From Sandaracinaceae bacterium (GTDB lineage Bacteria > Myxococcota_A > Polyangia > Polyangiales > Sandaracinaceae): 64,000 nt of DNA. The notes under the pieces were generated by a model. It saw only the letters and a list, made by a program, of their open reading frames with translations. It did no database searches and was not told where the DNA came from. The DNA lies in contig JBGAQA010000004.1 in the NCBI GenBank assembly GCA_044220955.1, positions 61,403 through 125,402 on the forward strand. Direction: 5' to 3'. The position numbers and the translations under genes are program-made. This document shows positions 36,534 to 45,824 of the stretch, piece by piece (position 1 is the stretch's first letter; each line of letters starts with the position of its first letter).

Positions 36534-37214
36534 TCAGTCCCGCACGAGCGGGCCGAACATCCAGACGCCGCCGGCGCCCACGACCAGATCGTACGCGAGC
36601 AAGATCTGGCACCAGCGCAGCGTCTGCGCGATCTCCGTCGGAGCGAAGATCTCGCGCGTCGCGACGACCGCCGCGAGCAGCGCGGGCGCGACGAGCGGAA
36701 ACACGATCACCGCGACGAGCAGGTCTCGCGCGCCCGTGCGGACGGTCATCGCGCCGAAGAGCGTGCCGGCGAGCACCTGCCCGAGCGTGCCGAGCGCCAG
36801 GACCGGCAGCGCGGGCAGCATCACGCGCGGCAGATCGACGTGATAGAGGAGGGCGACGATCGGCAGGAGCAGCCCCTCGACGATCCCGAGGAAGACGAGC
36901 GCGCTGAGCACCTTGCCGAGGTAGATGCCGCTCGCCGGGATCGGCGCGAGCAGGAGGCCCCTCATCGCGTCGTTGTCGCGCTCGCGGGCGAACGAGCGCC
37001 CGACCGCCAGCACGCCGGAGAAGGACACGGCGATCCACAGCACACCAGGGGCCAGGGCGCGCGCGTCCACCTCGTCGAGGTAGAACGAGAGCGACGCGAG
37101 GACGGCGACGAGCAGCGAGAAGAGCGCGGTCGAGACCACGATCTCGCGCGTGCGCCGCTCGATCGCCAGATCCTTGCCGAGCACCAGCCACGCGGCGCGC
37201 AGGACCTCGCTCAT
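36534..37214 (-). CDS. ccmB: haem exporter protein B (cytochrome c maturation ABC permease)
   Basis: Typical CcmB length and pattern (FSGVLAVGRSFARERDNDAMRGLLLAP, six TM segments). Lies downstream of ccmA. Confidence 0.85.
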   Translation of the reverse strand: MSEVLRAAWLVLGKDLAIERRTREIVVSTALFSLLVAVLASLSFYLDEVDARALAPGVLWIAVSFSGVLAVGRSFARERDNDAMRGLLLAPIPASGIYLGKVLSALVFLGIVEGLLLPIVALLYHVDLPRVMLPALPVLALGTLGQVLAGTLFGAMTVRTGARDLLVAVIVFPLVAPALLAAVVATREIFAPTEIAQTLRWCQILLAYDLVVGAGGVWMFGPLVRD

Positions 37215-37236
37215 CGGCGCGCGCTCTCCTCGGGGC

Positions 37237-37890
37237 TCACGCGGCCTCCTGCACGCGGCCGCCCGCGATCCGGATGCGCGCGTCGGCGACGGCGCCGCCG
37301 AAGACCGGGTCGTGCGTCACGATCGCCACGATCGCGCCGCGCGCGCGCTCGGCTCTCACCGCGACGACCAGCAGCTCGCTCGCGTGGGCGTCGAGCCCGG
37401 TCGAGGGCTCGTCGAGGAAGAGCACCTTCGGCTCGTGTACGAGCGCGCGGGCGAGCGCGACGCGCTGGATCTGTCCCCGCGAGAAGGTCCGCAGCGGGCG
37501 CTCGCCGAAGCCGCCGATCTCGAAGCGCTCGCGCAGGGCGTTCACCCGCAGGTCCGGCCGCGCGACCCCGTGCAGGCGCGCCGCCAAGAGGAGGTTTTCG
37601 ACGCCGCTCAGGTCCGGATAGCAGAACGACGCGTGGGAGAGCACGCCGATCTGCCCGCGCAGGCCGTCCCGGCTCGCGAGCGCGTCGACGTCACCGAAGC
37701 GGAGCGTCCCGCGCGTCGGCCGGATCTCCAGCGTGAGGATCCCGAGCAGCGTGCTCTTGCCCGCGCCGTTGGGCCCCTCGATGACGGTGATCGCACCGGC
37801 GCGCAGGTCCACGTCGACGCCGGCGAGCGCGCGCGTCGCCCCGTAGGTCTTGGTGAGGCCATGCGCCTCCACGCGATCGAAGTCGGACAC
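37237..37890 (-). CDS. ccmA: haem exporter ATP-binding protein
   Basis: Walker A GPNGAGKST, signature FSRGQIQRVALARAL, Walker B VLFLDEP. The start is GTG 37890 or GTG 37872. The longer ATG ORF would overlap hemW. Confidence 0.8.
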   Translation of the reverse strand: MSDFDRVEAHGLTKTYGATRALAGVDVDLRAGAITVIEGPNGAGKSTLLGILTLEIRPTRGTLRFGDVDALASRDGLRGQIGVLSHASFCYPDLSGVENLLLAARLHGVARPDLRVNALRERFEIGGFGERPLRTFSRGQIQRVALARALVHEPKVLFLDEPSTGLDAHASELLVVAVRAERARGAIVAIVTHDPVFGGAVADARIRIAGGRVQEAA

Positions 37891-37919
37891 GGTCCTCTGG
37901 GTGTGCTCGCCGCGGCCGA

Positions 37920-39080
37920 TCAGAAGACGTCCGTCACGATCGCGTCGAGGGCCAGCCAATGCTCGCGCGGGACGCGCAGGGTGTCACCTTCCCGGATCAG
38001 CTCACCGCGCGCGAGCCGACGCGCCACCGCCGTCTCGCGCCCCGAGAGCGGGTCCCGCCCCGCCCGCGCCGCGAGGGCGCGGAGGTCCACGCCCTCGCGC
38101 GTCCGGAGGCCGAGCATCAGGGCCTCGCGGACGACGTCGTCGGCCAGGAGCGCCTCCTGGAACACGGTCACGGCGGCGGTGCCGCTCCGCTCGAGGTAGC
38201 GCGCCGGCACTGGCTCGCTGCGCCAGCGCGTGGCGCCCCGCGTCGCGGGGGCCTCGACGCAGCCGTACGCGCCCGCGCCGAGGCCGACGTGATCGCCGCC
38301 GCGCCAGTAGTGCTGGTTGTGGCGTGCTTGCTCCCCCGGCATCGCGTGGTTGGAGACCTCGTAGTGCACGAAGCCCGCCCGTCCGAGCGCCTCGCTCGCG
38401 CGCTCGAAGGTCTCGGCGTAGTCGTCCTCCTTCGCGACCTGGAGCAGTCCCTTCTTGTGCAGCTCGCCGAAGCGCGTGCCCGCCTCGATCGTGAGGGCGT
38501 ACGCCGAGACGTGCCGCACGCCGGTCGCGAGCACGCGCTCGAGCTCGGGGACGAAGTCGCTCGCTCGCTGCCCCGGGGCGCCGAACATGAGGTCCGCGCT
38601 GACGCGGGGCACGACGCTCACGGCGGCCTCGAGCGCGCGGAGCGCGCCGTCCGGATCGTGCAGGCGCCCGAGGTACGCGAGGCGCCCGGGGTCGAGCGAC
38701 TGCACGCCGATGGAGAGGCGCCCCACGCCCACGTCGTGCAGCGCCGCCGCGCGGTCGCGATCCAGCGAGGTCGGGTTGCACTCGACGGTGACCTCGAGAT
38801 CGGCGGCCTCACCGGCGAAGGCGGCGCGCACCCCGTGGAGCACGCGGCCGAGCGCCGCCGGCTCCCAGAGAGAAGGTGTGCCGCCTCCGAAGAAGACGCT
38901 GACGAGCTCGGCGTCGGTCGCGATCACCGCGGGAGCGCGCAGGCGCAGCTCCGCGAGCACGGCGTCGGCGTACGCCTCGTGCGGAACCGCATCGCGGGCC
39001 GTCGCGTGCGAGTTGAAGTCGCAGTACGGGCACTTCTTGAGGCACCAGGGGAAGTGCACGTAGACCGAGACGGGGTGCAC
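37920..39080 (-). CDS. hemW: radical SAM HemW/HemN-like protein (haem chaperone / coproporphyrinogen oxidase-like)
   Basis: CLKKCPYCDF radical SAM cluster motif, FFGGGTPS, and an HemN C-terminal-like region. Confidence 0.85.
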   Translation of the reverse strand: MHPVSVYVHFPWCLKKCPYCDFNSHATARDAVPHEAYADAVLAELRLRAPAVIATDAELVSVFFGGGTPSLWEPAALGRVLHGVRAAFAGEAADLEVTVECNPTSLDRDRAAALHDVGVGRLSIGVQSLDPGRLAYLGRLHDPDGALRALEAAVSVVPRVSADLMFGAPGQRASDFVPELERVLATGVRHVSAYALTIEAGTRFGELHKKGLLQVAKEDDYAETFERASEALGRAGFVHYEVSNHAMPGEQARHNQHYWRGGDHVGLGAGAYGCVEAPATRGATRWRSEPVPARYLERSGTAAVTVFQEALLADDVVREALMLGLRTREGVDLRALAARAGRDPLSGRETAVARRLARGELIREGDTLRVPREHWLALDAIVTDVF

Positions 39081-39158
39081 GGAGCGTCCTCGTGGCGCTT
39101 CCCGGCGGGCCCGTCAATGCCCCGCCGCGCGCGTCGGCCGCAAAGTCGGGGTGCCTCG

Positions 39159-41051
39159 ATGTATCCTCCGCGCGTGGTGCGCGTCTCGGCCCTCCTCTTC
39201 GCCCTCGGGCTCACGCTCGTGCCCTCGCTCGCGCTCGCCCAGCGCACGCTGGACATCTCGCGCTTCACGCCCGCGCCGGACGGGGACGGCTTCCTCGGCA
39301 TCGCGGGCACGCGGACGCCAGGGCCCTTCAACACGAACTTCGGGCTCTTCGTCAGCTACGCCTCGTCGCCCTTCATCCTGCGGAGCACGAGCGATCCGAG
39401 CGTGCGCACGGGCGTGGTGTCCGACCGCGTGGACCTCGACGCGCTCTTCCAGGTCGGCATCCTCGGGCGCTTCGCGCTCGTCGTCGACGCGCCCGTCGTC
39501 GCGTACCAGCAGGGCAACGGTCCGTTCTACGACGGCGGTCCCGCTCTCGCGGTGGTCGCGATCCGCGATCCGCGCCTCGCCGTGCGCGCCCGCCTGCTCG
39601 GTGAGGACGCCACCGTCGATCGGGCGCGCCACGAAGGCGAGGGCCTCGCGCTGCAGTTCGCGACGACGGTCCCGCTCGGCATGAGCGACGCCTTCGCGGG
39701 GGAGGGCGCGCCCACGGTGGACGCGGCGATCCTGGGCGACTTCCACCTGCTCGACTTCGGCATCGGTGGTCAGCTGGGCTTCCGGCACCACTTCGCGGAG
39801 CCTCAGATCCTCGGGATTCCGTTCCGCAACCAGCTCTTCGCCGGCGTCGCGGTCCAGGTCCCTGCGTTCTTCGTGGACCACCTGCTCGCGATCGCGGAGG
39901 TCGACGTCACCACCGACGCGGAGAGCCCCTTCGGCAACTCGGCGAGCACGGCGGTCGAGTGGCGCCTCGGCGGCCGCTACACGCTCGCCGACACCCAGAT
40001 CACCGTCGCAGGCGGCACGGGTCTGGTCGCGGGCGTCGGCGTCCCGGCGGGCCGCCTGATCGTGGGCGTCTCGTTCGCCCCGCGCGTGCACGATCGGGAC
40101 GCGGACCACATCACGGACGACCGCGATGCCTGCGTGACGCTGCCCGAGGATCTCGACGATCACGAGGACGACGACGGCTGCCCGGAGCCGGACAACGACG
40201 GGGACCTCGTGCCCGACCTCGACGACCACTGCCCGAACGAGGCGTCCGAGTTCGAGCGCGACGCCGACGAGGACGGCTGCAACGATCCGGTCGTCGACAC
40301 CGACGCGGACGGCGTGAACGACGACGTCGACGGGTGTCCGAGCGAGCCCGAGGACTCGGACGGCAACGAGGACGCGGACGGCTGTCCGGAGCCGGACGAC
40401 GACAGCGACGGCGTGCTCGACGTGACCGATGCTTGCCGCGCGGTGCCCGAGGACGCCGATGGCGTGGACGACGCGGACGGTTGTCCGGACCTCGACGACG
40501 ACGGCGACGGCGTCCCGGACGCCGGGGACGCGTGCCGCGACGTGGCCGAGGACGCGGACGGTCACGACGACGCGGACGGCTGCCCGGACGAGGACGACGA
40601 TCACGACGGCGTCGTCGACGCGAGCGACACGTGCGCGGGGGAGCTGGAGACGATCAACGGGCGAGCCGACGACGACGGCTGCCCGGACGCCGGGCGCGGT
40701 CGCTGGACGGGCAGCGGGGTCGGCACTGCCGACTTCACGCTCACCGGCACGCTGCGCTTCGCGCGCGACGGGACGCTGCCCGCGACCGAGGATGGTGCGC
40801 TCGATCAGCTCGCCGCGTGGCTGCGCGCGGACGGACACCGGGACCACGTGCTGCGGATCCCGGTCGCGGACGACCGGCGGGTGGCCGCACTCCGCCAGGC
40901 GCTCGCGCAGCGGGGCCTGGCGGACGACGGCGAGGTCGCGCCCGATCCGACGCTGCACGGGACCGCGCTGCGCGTCACCCGGCACGGCTACGTCCCGCCC
41001 GGCGTGACGGCGCCCCCGGCGCCTGCGCCCGCGCCCGCGCCCGCGCCATGA
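39159..41051 (+). CDS. outer-membrane protein: beta-barrel-like N-terminal half, thrombospondin type-3 Ca-binding repeats, degenerate OmpA-like C-terminus
   Basis: Signal LALAQ. At least 8 D-x-D-x-DG-C-P-type repeats between about 40090 and 40700. (AP)n tail. Confidence 0.7.
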   Translation: MYPPRVVRVSALLFALGLTLVPSLALAQRTLDISRFTPAPDGDGFLGIAGTRTPGPFNTNFGLFVSYASSPFILRSTSDPSVRTGVVSDRVDLDALFQVGILGRFALVVDAPVVAYQQGNGPFYDGGPALAVVAIRDPRLAVRARLLGEDATVDRARHEGEGLALQFATTVPLGMSDAFAGEGAPTVDAAILGDFHLLDFGIGGQLGFRHHFAEPQILGIPFRNQLFAGVAVQVPAFFVDHLLAIAEVDVTTDAESPFGNSASTAVEWRLGGRYTLADTQITVAGGTGLVAGVGVPAGRLIVGVSFAPRVHDRDADHITDDRDACVTLPEDLDDHEDDDGCPEPDNDGDLVPDLDDHCPNEASEFERDADEDGCNDPVVDTDADGVNDDVDGCPSEPEDSDGNEDADGCPEPDDDSDGVLDVTDACRAVPEDADGVDDADGCPDLDDDGDGVPDAGDACRDVAEDADGHDDADGCPDEDDDHDGVVDASDTCAGELETINGRADDDGCPDAGRGRWTGSGVGTADFTLTGTLRFARDGTLPATEDGALDQLAAWLRADGHRDHVLRIPVADDRRVAALRQALAQRGLADDGEVAPDPTLHGTALRVTRHGYVPPGVTAPPAPAPAPAPAP

Positions 41052-42061
41052 CTCCGCTCCGCGGCCGGCTCGAGCACCCGCTGCTGCGGAGCGCGCTCTT
41101 GCGGGCGAACGTCCTCTCGGACCCGACGGAGCGCGAGGTGCTCGTGTATCTGCCGCCGAGCTACGACGAGACGAAGCCCCGCCGCTTCCCGCTGGTGATG
41201 ATCCTTCCCGCGTTCGGAGCCGCGCACCGCACCCTCGCGACCTTCCGGCTCTGGGAGAAGAACGTCTTCGAGATCTTCGAGTCCCTGCTCGCGCGCGCCG
41301 AGTGCGTGGAGGCGATCCTCGCCGTCCCCGACGCCGTGAACCGCTGGGGCGGCTCCCAGTTCCTCGACTCACCCGCCAGCGGCGCGTACCAGAGCTACGT
41401 CGTGGAGGAGGTCGTGCCCTTCCTCGATCAGCTCTACCGCACGATCCCCACGCGCGAGGCCCGCGCGATCGTGGGTCGCTCGTCGGGCGGGTTCGGCGCG
41501 CTCCGGATCGGCATCGATCGCCCGGACGTGTTCGCCGCGATCGGCAGCCACGCGGGGGACGCGCTCTTCGACGCGAGCCTTCGGCCGACGTTCACCGAGG
41601 TCGCGACCGTCCTCGATCGCGAGGGCGGCCTCCACGCGTTCGCAGCACGCATGCGCGATCAGGGGCCGCGCGGGGACGGCGACTTCGCGGCGATCGGGCT
41701 GCTCGCCTGCGCGGCGGCCTACGCGCCGAACATGACGTCGCCCTTTCCGCACTGCGATCTTCCCTTCGATCCGGCGACGGCGCTGCCGGTGCCGGAGGTG
41801 TGGGCGCGCTTCCTCGACCACGATCCGGTGCTCCTGCTCGAGCGCTTCCCGGCTGCGCTCGCGCGCGCCGCGTTCGTCTACCTCGACGCGGGCAACCGCG
41901 ACGAGCACGGCCTGCACTTCGGCGCGCGCCGCCTCGGGCACCTGCTGCGCGAGCGTGCCGTGCCGCTCCTGCACGAGGAGTTCGACGGTGGCCACCGCAA
42001 CACGACCCCGCGTTTCGCCGCCAGCTTGCCGCGATTGATCGAGGTGCTCGCGACGGGATGA
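41048..42061 (+). CDS. esterase-family (PF00756-like, enterochelin-esterase-type) alpha/beta hydrolase
   Basis: VYLPPSYD..., nucleophile elbow GRSSGG, AIGSHAG. ATGA overlap with the upstream OMP gene. Confidence 0.65.
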   Translation: MTPLRGRLEHPLLRSALLRANVLSDPTEREVLVYLPPSYDETKPRRFPLVMILPAFGAAHRTLATFRLWEKNVFEIFESLLARAECVEAILAVPDAVNRWGGSQFLDSPASGAYQSYVVEEVVPFLDQLYRTIPTREARAIVGRSSGGFGALRIGIDRPDVFAAIGSHAGDALFDASLRPTFTEVATVLDREGGLHAFAARMRDQGPRGDGDFAAIGLLACAAAYAPNMTSPFPHCDLPFDPATALPVPEVWARFLDHDPVLLLERFPAALARAAFVYLDAGNRDEHGLHFGARRLGHLLRERAVPLLHEEFDGGHRNTTPRFAASLPRLIEVLATG

Positions 42062-42126
42062 CGCACGGGAAAAACGCGCCTCACGATGGTCGAGTGCGCG
42101 CGCATCGAATATAGTCGCGGCCTCAG

Positions 42127-42927
42127 ATGGCCAAGACGGTGTCCAAGTCGGCGAAGGCGCCTGCCGCCAAGAACTCGAGCGCAGCGCGTGCGCGCACCAC
42201 GGGTCAGCCCACGCTCGCCGACAACGCGAAGGCAAACGGCAAGCTGTCCGCGCCGGCGGCGACCTCCTCCTCCGCCGCCTCGCCCGCGCCCAGCGTGCCG
42301 CCCGCGAGCGGGCTCGCCCACGAAGAAGGGCGCTCGAGCGCGACGACGGAGGCGGCCGACCGCATCATCGTGGCCAACGACTCCGCCGCCGTCGTTCTGC
42401 ACGCCGAGAACCTCGCGAGCGACAAGCCGACCACGGCGACCAGCTCCGCGCGGATCCTCGACGACCTGCTGGTGAAGAAGCCGGACATGCTCGTGGCCGC
42501 CATCGAGCGCTTCGTCACGTCCGTCGCCTCGCCCAACAAGCGCACGGTGCAGACGTCGGCGGCCGCGCTCCCGGTCATGGCGAAGCTCGCGCCGGCGCGC
42601 GTCGCGCGCCACCTGCCGCAGCTCACGGAGGCGTTCACGCAGACGACCGACGTGGGGCGCGACGGGCTCGTGAACGCGTTCGCGGCGCTCTGTACCGCCT
42701 CCGTCGCCTACCAGAAGCGCCTCGAGCCGGTGCTCGAGCTCGCCCTCTCGACGGCGGACCCGAAGACCCTGCTCCGCTGGGCGGAGGTGGTGCTTCCCTC
42801 GCTCAAGGGCGAGCCCCACGCGCGCGCCCGGGCCGTCGTCGAGGGACGCCTCCCCTCGATGCCGCGTCCGCTCGCCCAGCCCATCGCGACGCTGCTGGGC
42901 ATCAAGCTCCGCCCCGTCGGCCGCTGA
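42127..42927 (+). CDS. hypothetical protein, disordered K/A/S-rich N-terminus plus HEAT-like helical domain
   Basis: High GC3 and balanced C-terminal domain. No family recognised. Confidence 0.6.
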   Translation: MAKTVSKSAKAPAAKNSSAARARTTGQPTLADNAKANGKLSAPAATSSSAASPAPSVPPASGLAHEEGRSSATTEAADRIIVANDSAAVVLHAENLASDKPTTATSSARILDDLLVKKPDMLVAAIERFVTSVASPNKRTVQTSAAALPVMAKLAPARVARHLPQLTEAFTQTTDVGRDGLVNAFAALCTASVAYQKRLEPVLELALSTADPKTLLRWAEVVLPSLKGEPHARARAVVEGRLPSMPRPLAQPIATLLGIKLRPVGR

Positions 42928-43014
42928 ACACCGCTCGTCTCGCTCGGCCGCCGGATCCTGCCCGTGGCGGCGTGGGTTGGGGCCCGCCTCGGAGCTCCCG
43001 GGCGCACCTCTCGG

Positions 43015-44190
43015 TCAGCTCGCGAGCGCCCGCTCGACGCGCGAGAGCACGAGCGCCGTGTCCGGTCGGTGACGCGGCGTCACGTGGAGCGCGCGCAGCA
43101 CCGGGAGCGCGTCGAGCGACACGCGGCCGAGGCGCAGCTCGTCGAGCGACGCCTCGCCGCGGGCGAGGGCGGCGCGCACGCGGAGGTAGCCGGCGAGGTA
43201 GCTCGCGTCGCGCGCGACGCCGCCGCCCCGGTACGCCCGCTCGGCCGTGACCACCGCGACGTCGGAGGGCAGGGCGAGGTCGCGGTGCAGCGAGAGCGCC
43301 GTCTCGCCGAAGCTCGCGCCCGCGTGCATGCGGTCGGTCGCGACGACGCGCGCTGCGAGCACGCGCCAGCGCGCGGGATCGAGGGTGCCCGCCGCTTGCT
43401 CGAGCGCGATCGCGATCCCCTCCTGATCGGCGAAGCTGCCCGCCGTGCCGGTCTCGACCAGACGCAGTGGATGCAGCGCCCCGTTGGCGGCCGCGACCGC
43501 GTGGCCGAGGACCTCGTGGGCGACGAGGCGCACGCACTCGCGTCGGCCGAAGCGGCGCGCGGCCACGAAGACCGTTCGATCGCCGGCCGCAGCCCCGGCG
43601 CCGAGGCGCGGCTCGACCCGCACGTCGACCTCGAGCCCCGCCGCGCGGACGGCCACGCGCAGGGCCCCGGCCATCGAGCAGGGACCGCCGTCGGACGGGA
43701 GCACGCGCGGCTCTGCATCCGCGGCGGCGAGCGCGAGGATCCGGGCCGCGACCTCCGCCAGCGCCTGCTCGCGCCCGTCGTGCTCGACGCGCAGCGCGCC
43801 GGTCCCGTAGCGACGCGCCGCGAGCGGACGCACGACGTTCGCTCGCCCCAGCGACTCCATCATGGCCAGATCGAGCTCGAGCTCCCCGAGGCGTGCCGCG
43901 TAGAGGTCGGCCAGCAAGTGGCCGCGTGCCCGCTCGACGAGCGCGATTCCGCTCGCGATGGCGCGCCGCAGGCCGGGGTCGATCGGGCGCTGCTCGATCT
44001 GCCAGCGCGGGCTCGCCACCTGCCCGGCCTCGACCGCCTGCGTCAGCCGCGCGCGCTCGGCGGGCGCGTTGCGGGCGACGAGCGCCGGGAGCACGCGTGT
44101 GACGCGCGTGGCCTCGGCGCAGAGCGTGTCGAGCGCGGCGAGCGGGGATCCGCTGGCCTTCCCGAGCCCGAGCTCGCTGGCGGTCCACAC
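43015..44190 (-). CDS. DUF1704 / MATCAP-family putative metallocarboxypeptidase
   Basis: Atypical HExxxH (AHEVLGH) followed by the QEG[IL]A motif (ADQEGIAIALE), both characteristic of DUF1704. Confidence 0.65.
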   Translation of the reverse strand: MWTASELGLGKASGSPLAALDTLCAEATRVTRVLPALVARNAPAERARLTQAVEAGQVASPRWQIEQRPIDPGLRRAIASGIALVERARGHLLADLYAARLGELELDLAMMESLGRANVVRPLAARRYGTGALRVEHDGREQALAEVAARILALAAADAEPRVLPSDGGPCSMAGALRVAVRAAGLEVDVRVEPRLGAGAAAGDRTVFVAARRFGRRECVRLVAHEVLGHAVAAANGALHPLRLVETGTAGSFADQEGIAIALEQAAGTLDPARWRVLAARVVATDRMHAGASFGETALSLHRDLALPSDVAVVTAERAYRGGGVARDASYLAGYLRVRAALARGEASLDELRLGRVSLDALPVLRALHVTPRHRPDTALVLSRVERALAS

Positions 44191-44218
44191 CCGCTCGAGC
44201 GTAGCACCGCGATGCAGC

Positions 44219-45823
44219 TCAATGCCGGTACGGGTTCACGAGCAGGTCGTCGTCGTCTTCGTCGTCCTGGGAGCTGTGGCTCGGACGGTGCGTCGGACGG
44301 TGGGCGCCCGTGTGCGCGTGCGTCTCGGGCTCCGCGCTCGTCGCCGGAGGCACGTCCGTGGGGGGCGGTGGGTCGACGCCGACGGCCGTGGTCGCGACGG
44401 TGGTGGGGGGCACGACGACCGTCGTCGGGGGCGCGACGACGACCGTGGTGGGAGGCGTGAGCGCGACGCTGCTCGGCGGCGCGCTCGTGGGCGTTCCCCC
44501 GGCGCCGCCCCCGAACATCATCACGGCGCCACCACCTGCCACCACCAGGAGGAGCAAGACGATCACCGCCGCCGCGACGGCGAGCCGGCGGTCGGGCGGG
44601 GCCGTCGGCTCCTCGGCCGACGCTGCCACCGTCCTCGGCGTGGCGCCGACGGTCGCGTCCTCGGACTTGATCGGCGGCAGAGCGCCCGGCGGCGCGTTGA
44701 TCGCGCGCACCATGCTCGGCGTCTGGCCGAGCGAGGCGAGCGGGCCCGACTGCGTGATCGGGGTGAGCGCGCTGCCTTCCGGGCGCGGGACGATCCCACC
44801 CGGACCGACCTCGCTGCGACCGAGCGAGTCGATGGCCGTGCGGATGCGCGTCGCCTCGGTGTCGATCTTGGTGCCGAGCCATTCGCGCACGGACTTCCCG
44901 ACCTGCCGCGGCGTCGCGAGGCCGCCGATGCCTGCGGCCGCGGCCTCGAGCGCCTCGACGAGCTCGGCGGCCGTCTGGTAGCGCTCCGCGGGATCGCGCG
45001 CGAGCGCCTTCATCAGGACGGCGTCGAGCGGCGCGAGATCCGCGACGTACTCGCTCGGCGCGGGGATGGGCGCGTTGAGCAGCCGGTTGAGCAGCTCTCC
45101 GTTGTTGTCGGCACGGAAGAGGCGCCGCCCCGTGAGCGACTCCCAGAGGACGATGCCCATGCTGAACAGGTCGCTGCGCTGATCGGCGGTGCCGTTCGAC
45201 GCCTGCTCCGGCGCCATGTAGGCGAGCTTGCCCTTGAACTGCCCGTCGCGCGTCGAGCTGAGGCGGACCTCCGCCTTGGCCACGCCGAAGTCGGTGATGC
45301 GCGCCACTCCGTCGGTGCCGAGCAGGATGTTGTGGGGGGAGATGTCGCGGTGGACGATCGCGAGCGGCTTGCCGTCGCCGTCCTTGAGGCCGTGCGCCGC
45401 GGAGAGCCCCTCGAGCGCATCGACGACGATGCGCAGCGTCACCGACGTCGGCAGGCGCGTGCTGCCGCGCGCGGCCTCCCGCAGCAGGGCGCCGAGGTGG
45501 TCGCCCTCGATGTACTCCATGACCAGGAAGTAGCCGTCGCCCTGCGAGTCCGAGATGTCGAGCGTCGGCACGACGTTCGGGTGGCGGATGCGCGCGGCCA
45601 GGCGCGCCTCGTCGAGGAACATCGAGATGAACTCGTCGTCGTGCGCGAGGTGTGGGTGCAGCACCTTGATCGCCACGAGCCGCTCGAAACCCGCGACGCC
45701 CTGCGCGCGAGCGACGTAGACCGTCGCCATGCCGCCCGCGGCGAGCTGCGCGAGCATCTCGTAGCGCCCGAGCTTCTTGCCCGAGAGATCGCGCGCCGGC
45801 TGCATCGCCGAGCTCGTCGTCAC
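44219..45823 (-). CDS. Ser/Thr protein kinase, single TM, P/T/V-rich extracytoplasmic tail
   Basis: GGMATVY, VAIKVL, HRDISPHNIL, DFGVAK and YMAPEQ motifs. TM helix AAVIVLLLLVVAGGGAVMMF. Confidence 0.9.
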   Translation of the reverse strand: MTTSSAMQPARDLSGKKLGRYEMLAQLAAGGMATVYVARAQGVAGFERLVAIKVLHPHLAHDDEFISMFLDEARLAARIRHPNVVPTLDISDSQGDGYFLVMEYIEGDHLGALLREAARGSTRLPTSVTLRIVVDALEGLSAAHGLKDGDGKPLAIVHRDISPHNILLGTDGVARITDFGVAKAEVRLSSTRDGQFKGKLAYMAPEQASNGTADQRSDLFSMGIVLWESLTGRRLFRADNNGELLNRLLNAPIPAPSEYVADLAPLDAVLMKALARDPAERYQTAAELVEALEAAAAGIGGLATPRQVGKSVREWLGTKIDTEATRIRTAIDSLGRSEVGPGGIVPRPEGSALTPITQSGPLASLGQTPSMVRAINAPPGALPPIKSEDATVGATPRTVAASAEEPTAPPDRRLAVAAAVIVLLLLVVAGGGAVMMFGGGAGGTPTSAPPSSVALTPPTTVVVAPPTTVVVPPTTVATTAVGVDPPPPTDVPPATSAEPETHAHTGAHRPTHRPSHSSQDDEDDDDLLVNPYRH

Positions 45824-45824
45824 G

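Noticed and set aside
37237-37959. Full-length 240-aa ccmA ORF starting at ATG 37959.
   Set aside because: It would overlap the hemW 3' end by 40 nt and add an R/G-rich, non-conserved N-terminus. Typical CcmA begins a few residues before the first beta-strand (VEAHGLTKTYG), so I chose GTG 37890 or 37872.
42110-42115. TATAGT box 11 nt upstream of ATG 42127, with no SD: a possible promoter for a leaderless mRNA.
   Set aside because: There is no acceptable -35 at 16-18 nt, and the distance to the ATG is about 4 nt too long for a truly leaderless transcript. A single hexamer is insufficient evidence.
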